Positions 25,811 through 39,089 are shown, counted from the stretch's first letter. The stretch: 64,000 nt of DNA from the human T2T-CHM13v2.0 reference genome, Homo sapiens (GCF_009914755.1 NC_060929.1), one strand, 5' to 3'. The notes: generated by a model not told the origin, from the sequence alone. Numbers and translations: made by a program.

Positions 25811-25992
25811 CAGTGGTGTGCTGGAACTAGGTCTCACTGGCTCATGAAAGTCAATTGCAAACATCTCTTCCTAATTTCTCATTCAGTGAGGTTACAATGG
25901 TAGTTTGAAATGGCCATGGTGGGAGTATTTACACCACAGAAACTGGCATTAATTCAGGCCATTCTCGCCCTGGGAGGCCAGAACGCTGCTGG
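25811..25992 (+). mobile_element. MER63-family (hAT-Blackjack) element
   Basis: cagtggtgtgctgga terminus; ttgaaatggccatggtgggagtatttacaccacagaaa core. Confidence 0.7.
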
Positions 25993-26736
25993 AGACATTA
26001 ATTCAGATTGGTCATATTTGTTTTGTGGAGATCTTCATTAATCTTGGTGAGTTTCTTGCCATTTGTCACCCATGTCTTTAGCTTGCTGTCTTCTATCCCC
26101 AGGTACCATCTCACTTGCTCATTCTTCCTTTTCTTTTATCTCCTTCTCAGTTCATCAGTTCAGGTTTAACCAAATAGACCAAACCCAATGCCATCCTTTC
26201 ACTTTACTCACTTTACAAATGTTACTCACTGTGTCATCCTGCATCTGCTACTAGTTTTCTTTTGTATACTATTAATAACAATTGTTCCTACAATTTTCTT
26301 GATTCAGCCTAAAATAGCTTAATCCAGCTTTCACCAAACAGCTTTACTCTTGGGCTTTCTGAGTAAAATGTTGGTCTGGCTCTTTGGTTTACAAGTCATG
26401 ATAGTCACTGTTGCATTTTGAAACAGCAGATGATCTTTGGGGTTGGAAAAAGTGACTAATCTGGAAGACCTTTTTGAATATTTTTAGGGCAGAATGTTAG
26501 GTGTAGGGTATTAAAGTAAGGGAAACATTGAAGTTAACTTTGAAATGTTAAACAGAAAGGGTGAGCTGATGTTAAGTCAGTAATTGAATTAGGAAAATAA
26601 GAGGGGCTTGTTTAAGGGGGCATGGCTTGATTTTAGATATGCTTTGTTTAAGATAAGGTAGTGTGGCATAGAGAAAAAAATATGACTTGAACTCAGAACA
26701 CCTGGGATGGAACCTAAACTATAAAAGACATGTTTT

Positions 26737-27031
26737 GGCTGGGCGTGGTGGCTCACTCCTGTAATCCCAGCACTTTGGGAGGCTGAGGCTGGCAGATCAC
26801 TTGAGGTTAGGAATTCGAGACCAGCCTTGCCAACATGGTGAAACCCCGTCTCTACTAAAAATACAAAAATTAGCCGGGCATGGTGGTGGGCACTTGTAAT
26901 CCCAGTTGGGGGGGCTGAGGCAGGAAAATTGGTTGAATCTGGGAGGTGGAGGTTGCAGTGAGCTGAGATGGTGCCACTGCACTTCAGCCTGGGTGATAGA
27001 GTGAGACTCCGTCTCAAAAAAAAAAAAAAAA
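26737..27031 (+). mobile_element. AluS (Sx/Sz) with perfect 14-bp TSD
   Basis: Full dimer with A-tail; TSD aaaagacatgtttt at 26723-26736 and 27032-27045. Confidence 0.96.
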
Positions 27032-27604
27032 AAAAGACATGTTTTGAGGATGTGTGCCCAATCCATGCATCTTTCCCTGAGAATTGCCTCTCCTGCATCC
27101 ATGTTTGGTACTTTCTAATCCACCTCTACCAGCTCCTGGCTATAGTTGATGGGGTCAGGAGTTGTTACCTGATAGGAGCTGGTGAATCCAAATCTCTCTC
27201 ATGAGAATTTGGAATTAGTAGACATGACTATGATCAGTCTTTGTGTATATTGGACTTGTAAGGGTGCTGTAGTCTGGGGGGACAAGGAAGCCATTTTTGA
27301 GCCTCCATGATGATATGATGGAGCATGATGAGCAAGGCGAGAGGGCCGGTCTGCAGCTGCAGAGAGAGGCAGGAGGGTGGAACAGGTGGTTAGTTAGTGA
27401 GGAGCAGGGATGACGCACAATCTGATGAGGGAAGGAGAAAGAAAGTAGCTGCCTTGATCTGCTGGTTCGCCAGACCTAGTTCCAGCTTCTCATGGCTCTT
27501 ACTCTTGAGTTCTAGGAGACATCCTGCTTACCTTATAATAAGGTCTGCTTCTACTTGTTAACCTGAGGAATTTCTGCTTCATGGAGCTAACACAGTCCTA
27601 AGAC

Positions 27605-27810
27605 CCTGGCTCTGCTGCTTGCTGTTTCAAGCCTTAACTAAGTCACAGAGCTCACTTTGCAGATGGGTTTTAGTTTCTTCATCTGTAAAATGAGGGTAAT
27701 AATGTTTATCTTTTTGGGTTGTATGAAGATTATGTAAGATACTCTATGATAAGCACTTAGAAAAGTGCCTGGTATTTAATAATCACTGAGTGAATGTGAG
27801 GTAATATTAT
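27605..27810 (+). mobile_element. MIR
   Basis: agtttcttcatctgtaaaatgagggtaataat...aagcacttagaaaagtgcctgg. Confidence 0.75.
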
Positions 27811-28576
27811 TTTGTGAAAACATCTATTAGGGTGCCTGGCATTTGACAGGAAACTGACAGTTACTAGGTGACAAATATAAGCTCTCTTGAGTCTTCATAC
27901 CCTTACTCTTCTCTCGGCCTAGAATGCCCTTTGCCATTGCATCCGCTGGGCCACCTGCCACTTGGCCCTTCCTTTGAGGTCTCCTTGGTGGGTACTCCTC
28001 TATGGTGGCAATTGTTATCCTTCATTATTGTTGTTTACTTATGTCTCCTCTCTAAACTTTGATTCATTAAAGGAAGTCAAGTTTTTCTTGGTACTCAATT
28101 TTTAGTAACATCATGCATGACAAGGTCACTATAAATGTTTGATAAATTAAAGGGTGGATGAAGACATACAGTCTAGACTTTGGGGTCAAAGACATCACAT
28201 GGGGACCATCTACTCTAAAAGGATACTTGAAGTTAGAGGTGTGAATGAGATCACCAGAGGACTGTAGCATGAGCAGAGAAGAGGATGAAGGCAGAATGTG
28301 ACAAAAGCTTATTGAATGGGAAGGAGTGGGCTCAGAGGAGGCAGCAAACCTAAAAAAAAGTAGGGTAAGGATGGGGTACGTGAAGGAGTAAGAGAATGCA
28401 GAGAAGTAGAAACTAAGAAAGAAGAAACACGGCAAATTTAAGAAGTGGTGAGAAGTGTTAAAACATCATATAATCTGAGAATAAGATGTTTTAGACAGAT
28501 ATTGCACCTTGGAGGCCATTAATGAGGTATTTAAAAGCAGATTCAAAAGATTGGCTAAAGAGAAAGCCAGATTCTA

Positions 28577-28747
<171 letters not shown>

Positions 28748-29032
28748 CTACTTTGGTAATTCAATAAAAAATGAAGAGGGAGAAAGCATGTTGAAAATAT
28801 GTGTTAGGATAAAGAACATTGGAGAAAGTATTATGCTCGCCCTACCTTCAAGTGAGTAGGCTCTCTAAACTGTCCTTTTGCTATGTAAAGTAATGCTATA
28901 CTTATATTTTCTCCATTTGCCATTTTAATGAAGTTTCTCCTGAGCTACTCTTCAGTAAACAAGCTTTTATTTACTATTTTCTCTACTCTTTATGATCTTA
29001 GATACTGGTAGTCTTATTTCTGCTAATTTTTC

Positions 29033-29083
29033 TTATTTTATTTTATTTTATTTTATTATTATTATACTTTAAGTTTTAGGGTA
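29033..29083 (-). mobile_element. Very short 3'-terminal fragment of a primate-specific L1PA
   Basis: ttattattatactttaagttttagggta is the reverse complement of the young L1PA 3' end, preceded by a (TTTTA)n tail. Confidence 0.8.
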
Positions 29084-30039
29084 ACCCCATCCATCCATCC
29101 ACCCACCCACCCACCTACCACATATCCATCCATCCACATGTTCATTCTTCCATAAAATAAATATTAATAAGGCCACTATTAAGATCTAGGCACTACCTTA
29201 GGAAATTTAGAGAACCAAGACTGCCCTCAAGGAGTTTCTAGTCTAGTTGAGAAGATTAGAACACACTGGCTGCCTTCTCTGGAGTATTCTAGTTTCATTC
29301 TTTTGGAAGTTGGAGCCACCTCTTGATACCCCAGATACTGTGGTGGTGTGCTTGACCCCAGGGATTCATAATGGTTGACCAGCCTAGAGCTCATCCAGCA
29401 AGTCAGAAACCAGGCTCCATGGAAGCAGTTTGTCCAATAGCAAGCCAGAGACAAAGGCAATAGGCTGTATGGTTTGGGAGCCTCTCTGTGAAAGAGCTGT
29501 GTGCATTATTCATGGCTTGTCATTTGCAGTCAAAGAGACAGACTGCCCTCTGACATCTCTGAAGAAGTTCATGATTTATTGGAGGCATCAGAAGAAATAT
29601 AAAACTAAATAGTAATATAATCCCCTGGGGGAAGTCTTACTTTGGTATTTTACATAATATTAGAAACTCAGCAAATAGTTTCCCTGAGATAAAAACTTTG
29701 GCAAACATTCGACTGAAATGTTTGAGAAGTGAAACCATTCAAGTTTTTGTGTCAGGAGACTTGAGTCTCATCCAGCCTTCTAAATATCAAAATTTGAAAA
29801 ATCCCTGAATACAAAGGAATAGGAAGTCTGTAATTCAAACAACACAATATCAGCAGCTCTATCCCCGGTTCTGGAAATTGTGGGGGATTTTGAAGTCTTC
29901 CTCTTTGTGCCTTTCCCCACACCACCAAAACAAGTAATAACACTTTAATTGTGATTCTTTGTTATCAGAAGTGAAGAAATATGCTGGATCTTAGGTGTCT
30001 CTGTGTGATCATACCTGTACAATTTAGGAAGAAGATTGT

Positions 30040-30391
30040 GCTTTTGTTTTGCTTTTACAATTAACAGAAGATCCAACTATAAGGTATTTAAATGATGAGT
30101 TGGACTTTATTTTCCTCAAATAACAAGAAGTGTGGAGGTGGACAGCCCAAGACTGATCCCGCTGCTCTGAGATGCTATCAGTTGCTTTGGATCATCCTGT
30201 TCCATCATTCTTAGCATGCAGCTTCAAGCTTCCTGTTTGCAAGACTGCTCCAGACAGGAAGAAGGGGGAATGCCAGTCTTTTCCTTGAGACCCTTTGTCT
30301 TTTTACTTGGAAAGGGAAGTGTTTCCCTGTGACGTCCACTGACCAGAACATGGCCATTGCTGGCTGGAACGTGGCTAGGAAAACTGAGTAC
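30040..30391 (-). mobile_element. Old MLT1 (J/K-like) LTR fragment
   Basis: aataacaagaagtgtggaggtggacagcccaagactg...ccactgaccagaacatggcc. Confidence 0.6.
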
Positions 30392-30759
30392 TGATGTTCC
30401 TTGAATTAGGATGGGATCACACCCCCAGTAAACCCATCGTGTGTTGGAAATACCATGAGTTGACAATGCATTTAATAGACTTAAACTACCAAACATCATA
30501 GCTTAGCCTAGCCTCTCTTAAACATGTTCAGAATACCTACATCATCCTACAATTGGGCAATATCATCTAACACAAAGCCTATATTTTAATAAAATGTTAA
30601 ATGTCTCATGTAATTTATTGAATATTGTACTGAAAGTGAAAGAACAGAATGATTGTATGGGTACTTGAAGTACGGTTTCCACTGAATATCTTTCACTTTT
30701 GCACCATCATAAAATTAAAAAATTGTACATCCAACCATAGTAATTCAGGGACCACCTGT
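30392..30759 (+). mobile_element. MER47A (TcMar-Tigger), complete
   Basis: catcatagcttagcctagcct...aacacaaagcctat...gtatgggtacttgaagtacggttt...ggggaccacctg, TA-flanked. Confidence 0.9.
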
Positions 30760-30882
30760 ATTTAGCTTTAGCCTCTATGTTAGAGAAAGGTAAGGAAAAA
30801 TGTGGTTGAAATTGGATAAGTAAGCCATCCTATAGTAGTCAGAGAAACATTCTGGCATTTTTGAAGTACAAGAACTCATTAC

Positions 30883-31210
30883 AGGCTGGCTGTAGTTGTT
30901 CACACCTGGAATTTCAGGGCTTTGGGAGGCTGAGATGGAAGAATTGCTTGAGGCCAGGAGTTCAAGACCATCTGGAGCAACATAGTGAGATCCGATCTCT
31001 ATGAAAAAAAAAATTAGGTGGGCATGGTGGTACATACCTTTATTCCCAGCTACTTGGGGATACTTGGGAGGCTGAGGCAGGAAGATCCCTTGAGCCCAGA
31101 AGTTCAAGGCTGCAGTGAGCTATGATTGTGCCACTGCACTACAACCTGGGCAACAGAGCAAGACCCTGTCTCCAAGACAAAAACAAAAACAAAAAACCCA
31201 AAACCAAAAA
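30883..31210 (+). mobile_element. AluJ with internal 10-bp tandem duplication (tacttgggga/tacttgggag)
   Basis: Dimeric Alu with (AAAAAC)n tail. Confidence 0.9.
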
Positions 31211-32225
31211 CTCATATATACTTCCTCTTTTTAATGAATCAGTGAATTAAACCTAATGATTAATAGATGGCCCCAAAGTAGCTATGCTTGGCAAACAATT
31301 GTATCTCAACAGAGTTTTCATAACAATTTTATTAAGAAGCACAATGTTTCATAATGTTTTAGTTCAACTGAGAGCTAGGGAGTGAAGAACATGGTGGGAA
31401 AAGGGAAAAAGTAGAATCTCTTCTTTTCCCTGAGCAAATGGAGCAGGCTTGACTTCAGCTCACTGGGCAATAACCCTTGGGCTAAGGGAGAGACAGATAA
31501 GCCACTTAGGGTGATTTGGTATGAGCCTCTGATAAAAATCTAAAAGAAGCTCTCCTGAAAGTGTATTCCAATTCAAGTCCTCTCTGGGAATTCTACATGT
31601 GCTTATGGTGACATGTGCCATGGAAATAGAGTGGCCAATTTGGTTGCCAAGACATTTGCCGCCCTGCTCTGAAGGTTTCGGCAACAGGTGCCATGCTATC
31701 TTCCCTGTCTGCTGGGATCTAAATTGAGTGTTGGGTAAACTTGGTCATATGGCTGGGCCTCACAGCTTCAATTTTGGATTAGGTGGTTAATTCATCACAT
31801 CCCAGCAATCTAATGGTTAAAATATGAGTTTCCTCTACCCCACATGACCAGATCTGCTCTCTTCCCTCCTTCCCTCTCCCTACCTGCCCAGTGGGCTCAG
31901 GATGGAGCAAGAAGGAATTTCTAAGCATCCTTCCTGGGCTCCCAAAGGCTATCCTATCAAGTTAGCCAGACTCCCTTTAGCTGGACTTGTGTTTGCCTTA
32001 TGGAAATAACTTCTAGGAGATAATGTTGAATAGACCTTTCACAGACAGGAGGAAAGAGAATATTCAGGCAGTATAAACCCCATCATAAGGCTGAGGATAG
32101 CAGAACTTCAGGACATGTGACGCTGGGGCCAGGATAGAGATGAAGATGTTAGTTATCTTTAGGATAAGATTGTTTACGGACCATTTTATGAAATCCTGAA
32201 AACAGTGGATTATAAAACAAAGGTT

Positions 32226-32531
32226 CTTTTTTGTATCTGTTTGTTCATTTTTAGAGAGAGAGTCTTGTTCTGTCACCCAAGCTGACGTGCAGTGGCACGA
32301 TCATAGCTCACTGCAGCCTTGAACTCCTTAGTTCAAAGGATCCTCCCACCTCAGCCTCCCTAGTAGCTGGGACTACAGGCATGTGCCACCATGCCAGTCT
32401 AATTTTTTTATTTTTTGTATAGATGGGATCTTGCTATGTTGCCCAAGCTGGTCTCAAACTCCTGGCATAAACCTCCCACCTTGGTCTCCCAAAGCACTGG
32501 GATTATAGGCATGAACCACCATGCGTGGCCC
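32226..32531 (-). mobile_element. AluJ
   Basis: gatcatagctcactgcagccttgaactcc; TSD aaggttcttt/aagattcttt. Confidence 0.9.
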
Positions 32532-32656
32532 AAAGATTCTTTAAATGAAGCAGCCTCTCAGGATTTATTTTAATTGTGTTATGGGTAGCTTCTCTCTGAG
32601 GAAAAAAGATGAAAAATAAGAAAAAAAGAAGAAATCAATATCATGCACAAACCATA

Positions 32657-32979
<323 letters not shown>

Positions 32980-33359
32980 TAATCTTCACAATAATCCTAT
33001 GAAGAGAAATCTACTGAGAAAAGTGGTGCTCAGAGAGGTTATGCACTACCTAGTGTTACACAGCTGCTGTGGGGCAGGTCAGCATCTGTAAAATCCCACA
33101 TGCCTTTGCACGGGACCGCCTTTCAGAGTCCTTATCTAGCTGACTTGTTAGAGAATCCCTAAACTTAGAAGTTCCCTAACCTATTCAGGAAAGACATCGC
33201 TAAGCAACATTTGGAAGGAGAGATGGTGAAGAAGTGCCCTTTGTCCTTCAGACCGAAAGCACCAGGCTGACAGCCCCTTTAGGGGAAAACATTCTTATAT
33301 GGACCAAAATGGCTGTGGAGTTCAGCTAAAGTCACTTTCCTAGTTCCATCTGGAAGCTC

Positions 33360-33730
33360 TTCACCAGCATAATTTCATTCCAGCCAAATGTAATTAAGAA
33401 TTTGATTTGATTAAAAAACAAATCGAAGGAGAGAAATGAGGTTTCTCCTCATTCCCTCCCTTTCTTCACAAATAGGGCACTCATTAACAAGTCACGTGCA
33501 GGTGACCAGTTCAAGGGAGCTGCCCTCCCCACTTGGCCACACTTCCTAAAGAACAATGGCTGGAGGGGGGCGAAAGGGGGGCAAGGGGGGGCAATTCCTG
33601 CCAGAGGTCAAGAAACTCAGCAAATAAACGCGAAGGATTTTTAAGTTTCTAATTTGGCTTCAAGATACTAGCAAAACACAGCAGCTGCACAACCTCTCCA
33701 GGAACAAGATGTCCACTTAATTAAAGCATG
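33360..33730. promoter_or_regulatory. Candidate enhancer (repeat-free, dense motif cluster including a DR2 RARE-like element)
   Basis: GTCACGTG, AGGTGAccAGTTCA, CACTTCCT, AACAATGG, AGGTCA, GCAAATAAAC and TAATTA within ~350 bp. Confidence 0.45.
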
Positions 33731-34339
33731 GCCAGGCGGTGGGTGTCTCCCAGGGAGTGAGACTCAGCAATACTGGGTACTGATCAAACTAGACCTGCTG
33801 CCAAGAGAAACAGTGGTCAGCAGGGATCCTCAGCTCACCTCTTTGGAAAAACGGGGCTCCAAAGCCAATTTTGGAAAAAAAAAAAAAAAAAAGAAGAGGA
33901 AAAAAGTAGAGTGAGAGGAAAGGATTTGTGATATTGTATTATTGGCCACGACTCAAATAATCTGCCTCTGACCTACTCCATCTTATCTCAGAGGCTCTAA
34001 TGAGAATTGTGTGGTGAGCTTTTTATAAAGGGCAATTTAAAATGAGAACAGGGAGGTTAGATACTATGTGGGATGCTCCTGTCGGATTTCTGCCCAGACA
34101 CACCCTCTCGTCAGCTCCCCTGCTCGTGGGAATACTCCTTTATTCATTTCTGAATCTGCCTCTTTCCCCCTCTTTGAAGAAGCCCCTGTAGTATAAGTCT
34201 ACATGAAAACTAAGCTGAGCAGAAGCTGGGACCACTTTCCAATGCTCCTATGTAATCAAATTAAGACAGCAGTTACTGAAAAGAGGTGGAACTTATAAGA
34301 AAAGCTCCAGAATGTAGGACGATTACAGAATGGGACTGA

Positions 34340-34770
34340 AGCAGGACTCCTACGGCTAAGGTGGTGGTTTAGCTGCTCAGCAATGCCACGATGGACGCAG
34401 GCTTTCTATTCTTCCATTACATCATTGCTAGAGCATTGCCTTTTGTCTTCATGTTTGGTGACTCAGATGCAAGACGGTTACTGCAGGTCCAAATGCCATG
34501 TGTACGCTCAAGGCAGAGAACAGGGTAAAAGAGATGGTGTTAGTCCTGTCTGTTTCATCTTATCAGGAAAGCAAAAACCTTTCCTGAGATCCCAGAAAAC
34601 TACTTATATTTTATTGACCAAAAACCACCACATGGTCACCCCTGGCTGCAAAGGAGACTGGGAAAGTGAGTATTTATCTGGAAACCTGGCTGATCTGGTC
34701 AAAACTGGAATTCCATTTACAAGAAAGACGGGGGGATGAATATTAAGTAGGGAATAAACAGTGTCTTCTG
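34340..34770 (-). mobile_element. Old MLT1 (J/K-like) LTR
   Basis: cacatggtcacccctggctgcaaaggagactgggaaagtgagtattt. Confidence 0.7.
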
Positions 34771-34789
34771 TAGGAGCTTAGACTACTGC

Positions 34790-37700
34790 GTAATAGCAAG
34801 GTCTAGTAAAGGAAATAAAAACCACTCTAGGTGTATCAAACAGAGAGAATTCAATGCAGGGATTTTGCTGTGGTTGTTGGACAAAAAGTGTCAGAAGGGC
34901 CAAAGGCAGGTGGTCGGGGGAGGGGGGAAGAAAAATGAAGTTACCCAGGCATTAGGAATCACAGGAAGCAGGAAGTCCCTACCAACCTTAGGCTGAAGGG
35001 AATATAGAAATAAATTGTTTTATTGTGCTTCACTTTATTACACATTGCAGATGTTGTATTTTTTACAAATTGAAGGTTTGTGGCAATCCTGTCTCCAGCA
35101 AGTCGGCAGCATTTTTCCAACGGCATGTTCTCCTTCATGTCTCTGTGTCATATTTTGGCAATTCCCTCAACATTTCAAACTTTTAAATTATCATTATATC
35201 TGTTATGGTGACCTGTGATCAGTGATCTTTGATATTACTATTGTATTTGTTTTGGGGTGCCATGAAACCTGCCCATATAAGACGGCAAACTTAATTGTTA
35301 AATGTTGTGTGTGTTCTGACTGCTCCTCTGACTGGCTATTCTCCATTTCTCTATTCCCTGAGATACAACAATATGGAAATTAGGCCAATTAATAAGCCTA
35401 CACTAGTCTCTAAGTGTTCAAGTGAAAGAAAGATTTGTACATCTTTCACTTTAAATCAAAAGCTAGAAATGATTAAGCTTAGTGAAGAAGGCACGCTGAA
35501 AGCTGAGACAGGCCAAAAGCTGGGCCTCTTGGGACAAACAGTTTGCCAAGCTGCAAATGCAAAGGAAAAGTTCTTGAAGGAAATTCAAAGTGCTATTCCA
35601 ATGAACTCATGAATGATAAGAAGGTGAAATAGCGTTATTGTTGATATGGAGAAGGTTTTAGTAGTCTGGTTAGAAGATCAAACTAGCCACAACATTTCCT
35701 TAAGCCAAACTCTATTCCAGAGCCAGGCCCTAACACTCTTTAATTCAGAAGGGTGAGACAGGTGAGGAAGCTGCAGAAGAAAAGTTGGAAGCCTAGCAGA
35801 AGTTGGTGTATAAGGTTTAAAGAAAAAATCTGTCTTCATAACAGAAGTGCAAGGTGAACCAGCAAGTGCTGATGGAGAAGCTGCAGCAAGTTATCCAGAA
35901 GATCTAGCTAAGATCATTGATGACAGTGGCTACATTACAGAGTTTTCAAAGTAGATGAAGCAGCCTTGTATTGGAAGAATATGCCATCTAGGACTTTCAT
36001 AGCTAAGGAAGAGAAGTCAATGCCTGGCATCAAAGCTTCAAAGAACAGGCTGACTCTTTTGTTATGGACTAACATAGCTGGGGACTTTAAATCAAAGCCA
36101 ATGCTCATTTACCAAATTTCAAATATCCTGAGGCCTTTAAGAATTACGAGATATCTACGCTGCCTATGCTCTATAAATGGAAGAACAAAGCCTGGATGAC
36201 AGCACATCTGTTTACAGCATGGTTTACCGAATATTTTAAGCCTGCTATTGAGAACTACTGCACAGAAAAAACATTCATTTCAAAGTATTATTGACAATGT
36301 ACCTGGTCAGAGACAGTGTACCTCTATCAGAGCTCTGATAGAGATGTTCAAAGTGATAAATCTTGTTTTCATGCCTGCTAACACAACACTCATTCTGTAG
36401 CTCATGAATCAAGAAGTAATTTTGACTGTCAAGTCTTATTATTTAAGAAGTAAATTTTGCAAGACTACAGCTGCCATAGGTAGTGATTCCTCTGATGAAT
36501 CTGGGTAAATCAAAAACCTTCCAGAAAGGATTTACCATTCTCGATACCATTAAGAATATTCATTGTTCATGCGAGGGACTAAAATAACCAACATTAACAG
36601 GAGTTTGGAGCATTGATTTGGAGTTGATTCCAACCCTCATGGATGACTTTGTGGGGTTCATGACTTCCATGGAGGAAATAATTGCAGATGTTGTGGAAAT
36701 AGCAAGAGAATTAGAATTGGAAGTGCAGCCTGAGGGTGTGACTGAATTGCTGCAATCTCATGATCAAGTTTGAATGGATGAGGTGTTGCTTCTTATGGAT
36801 GGGCAAAGAAAATGATTTCTTGAGATGGAATATACGCCTCATGAAGATGCCATGAACATTGTTAAAATGACAAGATATTTAAAATATTACATAAATTTAG
36901 TTGTTTATGTAAGTTGTTTATGGAAGCTGTTTATGGAAGCAGTGGCAGGGATGGAGAAGACTGACTCCAATTTTGAAAGAAGTTCTGCTGTGGGCAAAAT
37001 GCTATCAAACAGCTTCACATGCTACAGAGAAATCTTTCATGAAAAAAAAGAGTCAATTGATGCAACAAACTTCACTGCAGTTTTATTTTCATAAATTGCC
37101 ACGGCCACTCTAACCTTCAGCAACTACAACCCTGATCACTCAGAGGCCACCCACATTGAGGCAAGACCCTCCACCAGCAAAAAGATTATGACTCACTGAT
37201 GGCTCAGATGATTGTTAGCATTTTTTAGCAATAAAGTGTTTTTAAGTTAGGGTATATACTTTTATTTAGACATAATGCTACTACCGCACACTTAATAGTC
37301 TGCCACGTAGTGTAAACATAACTTTTATAAGCACTGGAAAACAAAAAATTTCATGTGACTTGCTTTATTGTGATATTCATTTTATTGCGGTGGTCTGGAA
37401 CCAAACCTGCAATATGTGTGAGGTATGCTTGCATAATGTTACACAAAACTCAGGATTACTGAACTCCTGAACTGCTGGGGTATACCTGCTGCTGCTGCTG
37501 TTGCTCCTGCTGCTGCCACCTTAGGGAAGCCAGAAGCCTGTGCTCTCATTGACATTGCAGGGACCCTGGGATCCTGTGGCAAGAGCCAGAGACCATAAGC
37601 ACTAAGCTGCCAAAGCTGCTGCCACTACTGTCCAGGAACCCAAGAGTGTCCCCCTGGCCTGCTACTGCTGCTGCCACTGATGATACCAGAAAGAACAAAA

Positions 37701-37870
37701 AGATGCCTTCTCACTTCATCCCTGTTTCCAGTCTCCTGACAGTGCTGACATTGGCAGAAGCTAACTGGAAGCCAGCTGGTGCGGGAATTGACCAGGGAAA
37801 TGTTTGCAGCCTTCAGTTGCCACATGGGAGCACAGATAGCCAGAGTGTTCTGGACAAATGATGCCATAGG
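34790..37870 (-). mobile_element. Ancient ERVL-type LTR split by the Tigger1 insertion (parts ~34790-35004 and ~37433-37870)
   Basis: aaccactctaggtgtatcaaacagagagaattcaatgcaggga and cattggcagaagctaactggaagccagctgg resemble old ERVL LTRs; subfamily uncertain. Confidence 0.5.
35005..37431 (+). mobile_element. Full-length Tigger1 DNA transposon with a disrupted pogo-like transposase
   Basis: ~2.43 kb. Translations [30 protein letters not shown] and YWKNMPSRTFIAKEEKSMPG.KASKNRLTLLL; 3' TIR gaggtatgcttg; multiple stops and frameshifts, start ATG lost. Confidence 0.95.
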
Positions 37871-38601
37871 CATCACCCTCTGCAGGGTATGAGGAGGCAG
37901 CGGTTGATGCTGTCTGGTTTGTGAGGCAGCAGGAGTGATACATTGTCTTTTGTCTGCACTGACCAGTTAAGGGACTGGTGACAAGAGTAACCCAACTTCA
38001 AATACTAATCTAGTGGGGAATCCAGAAATAATTATTAATTTTACATCCAAAGGACTGGATTCTAGATGAAAAAGATCTTTTCATTTATTTCTACTCTAAA
38101 TGACCAGAACATTTCAAGTTGAGTGAATTTTTAAAGTGTCTGTCATTAACACTCTCTCATGTTTGATGTCATATTGGGAGTATTGAAAAAGAGGAAGACT
38201 CTGTTGAAGGTGGTTCAGGCCAAAGGATCTATGTCAGTGAACAAACTGTGTTGAAGAATTAGTCCCACAATTCTCTTGCAGTGGGTTTATTAAGGTCATC
38301 AGAGAAGAAACCATAGTAAGCTAATTATGGCCATATATCCCCTCTACTGTCATTGTGTCCCTCTGTTTGAATGTAGGACTCTGTGGTTCACCATGACAGT
38401 AAATCACCATGGTAGGAGACTGGCTGGAGAGCGTTAGCTTCAGGGACAGTTTAGAGCATCCAGTTCTGAGGGTACAAGTGGACAGAGGAGTTTGTATCCC
38501 CATATCCAGATATATTTGAGTACTGGGAAACTCAGGGCTTGAAATGTCAGCTGGGAGCAGATGTAGGGATGAGAGTGCAGGCATATAGATCAGGAACCTC
38601 A

Positions 38602-38806
<205 letters not shown>

Positions 38807-39089
38807 AGCACTCCTGGAAAATCTGAATGCTTGGGCACAGAGAAAATTGCCATGGGGTGAAACAAGTGCCCACAGCTGCCCTTTGGGACAGGATGGGAAG
38901 GGAAGTGCAGGAACTCGTGATATTAATGATGACCCTTCACATTTGTGGAGCACTTTATGGTTTACAAGGTGCTTTTCTATAATCTTAATGATGAATTTCA
39001 CATGGGAGTCACTTGATTTACAGGTGAGGTGTTCCAGTGATTTTATTGCAAACTTCCCCCAATTTAATGCACATGCGCATGCCTGGCAT

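Noticed and set aside
26589-27098. 169-aa ORF and other Alu-overlapping ORFs (e.g. 21628-21978, 61495-61887)
   Set aside because: Translations of Alu sequence ([18 protein letters not shown]), not genes.
35295-37094. Transposase-like ORFs as a possible TIGD gene
   Set aside because: Fragmented by stops and frameshifts with no start codon; a decayed Tigger1 copy.
37487-37516. (CTG)n run
   Set aside because: Short, interrupted and inside an old LTR; not an expansion-type locus.
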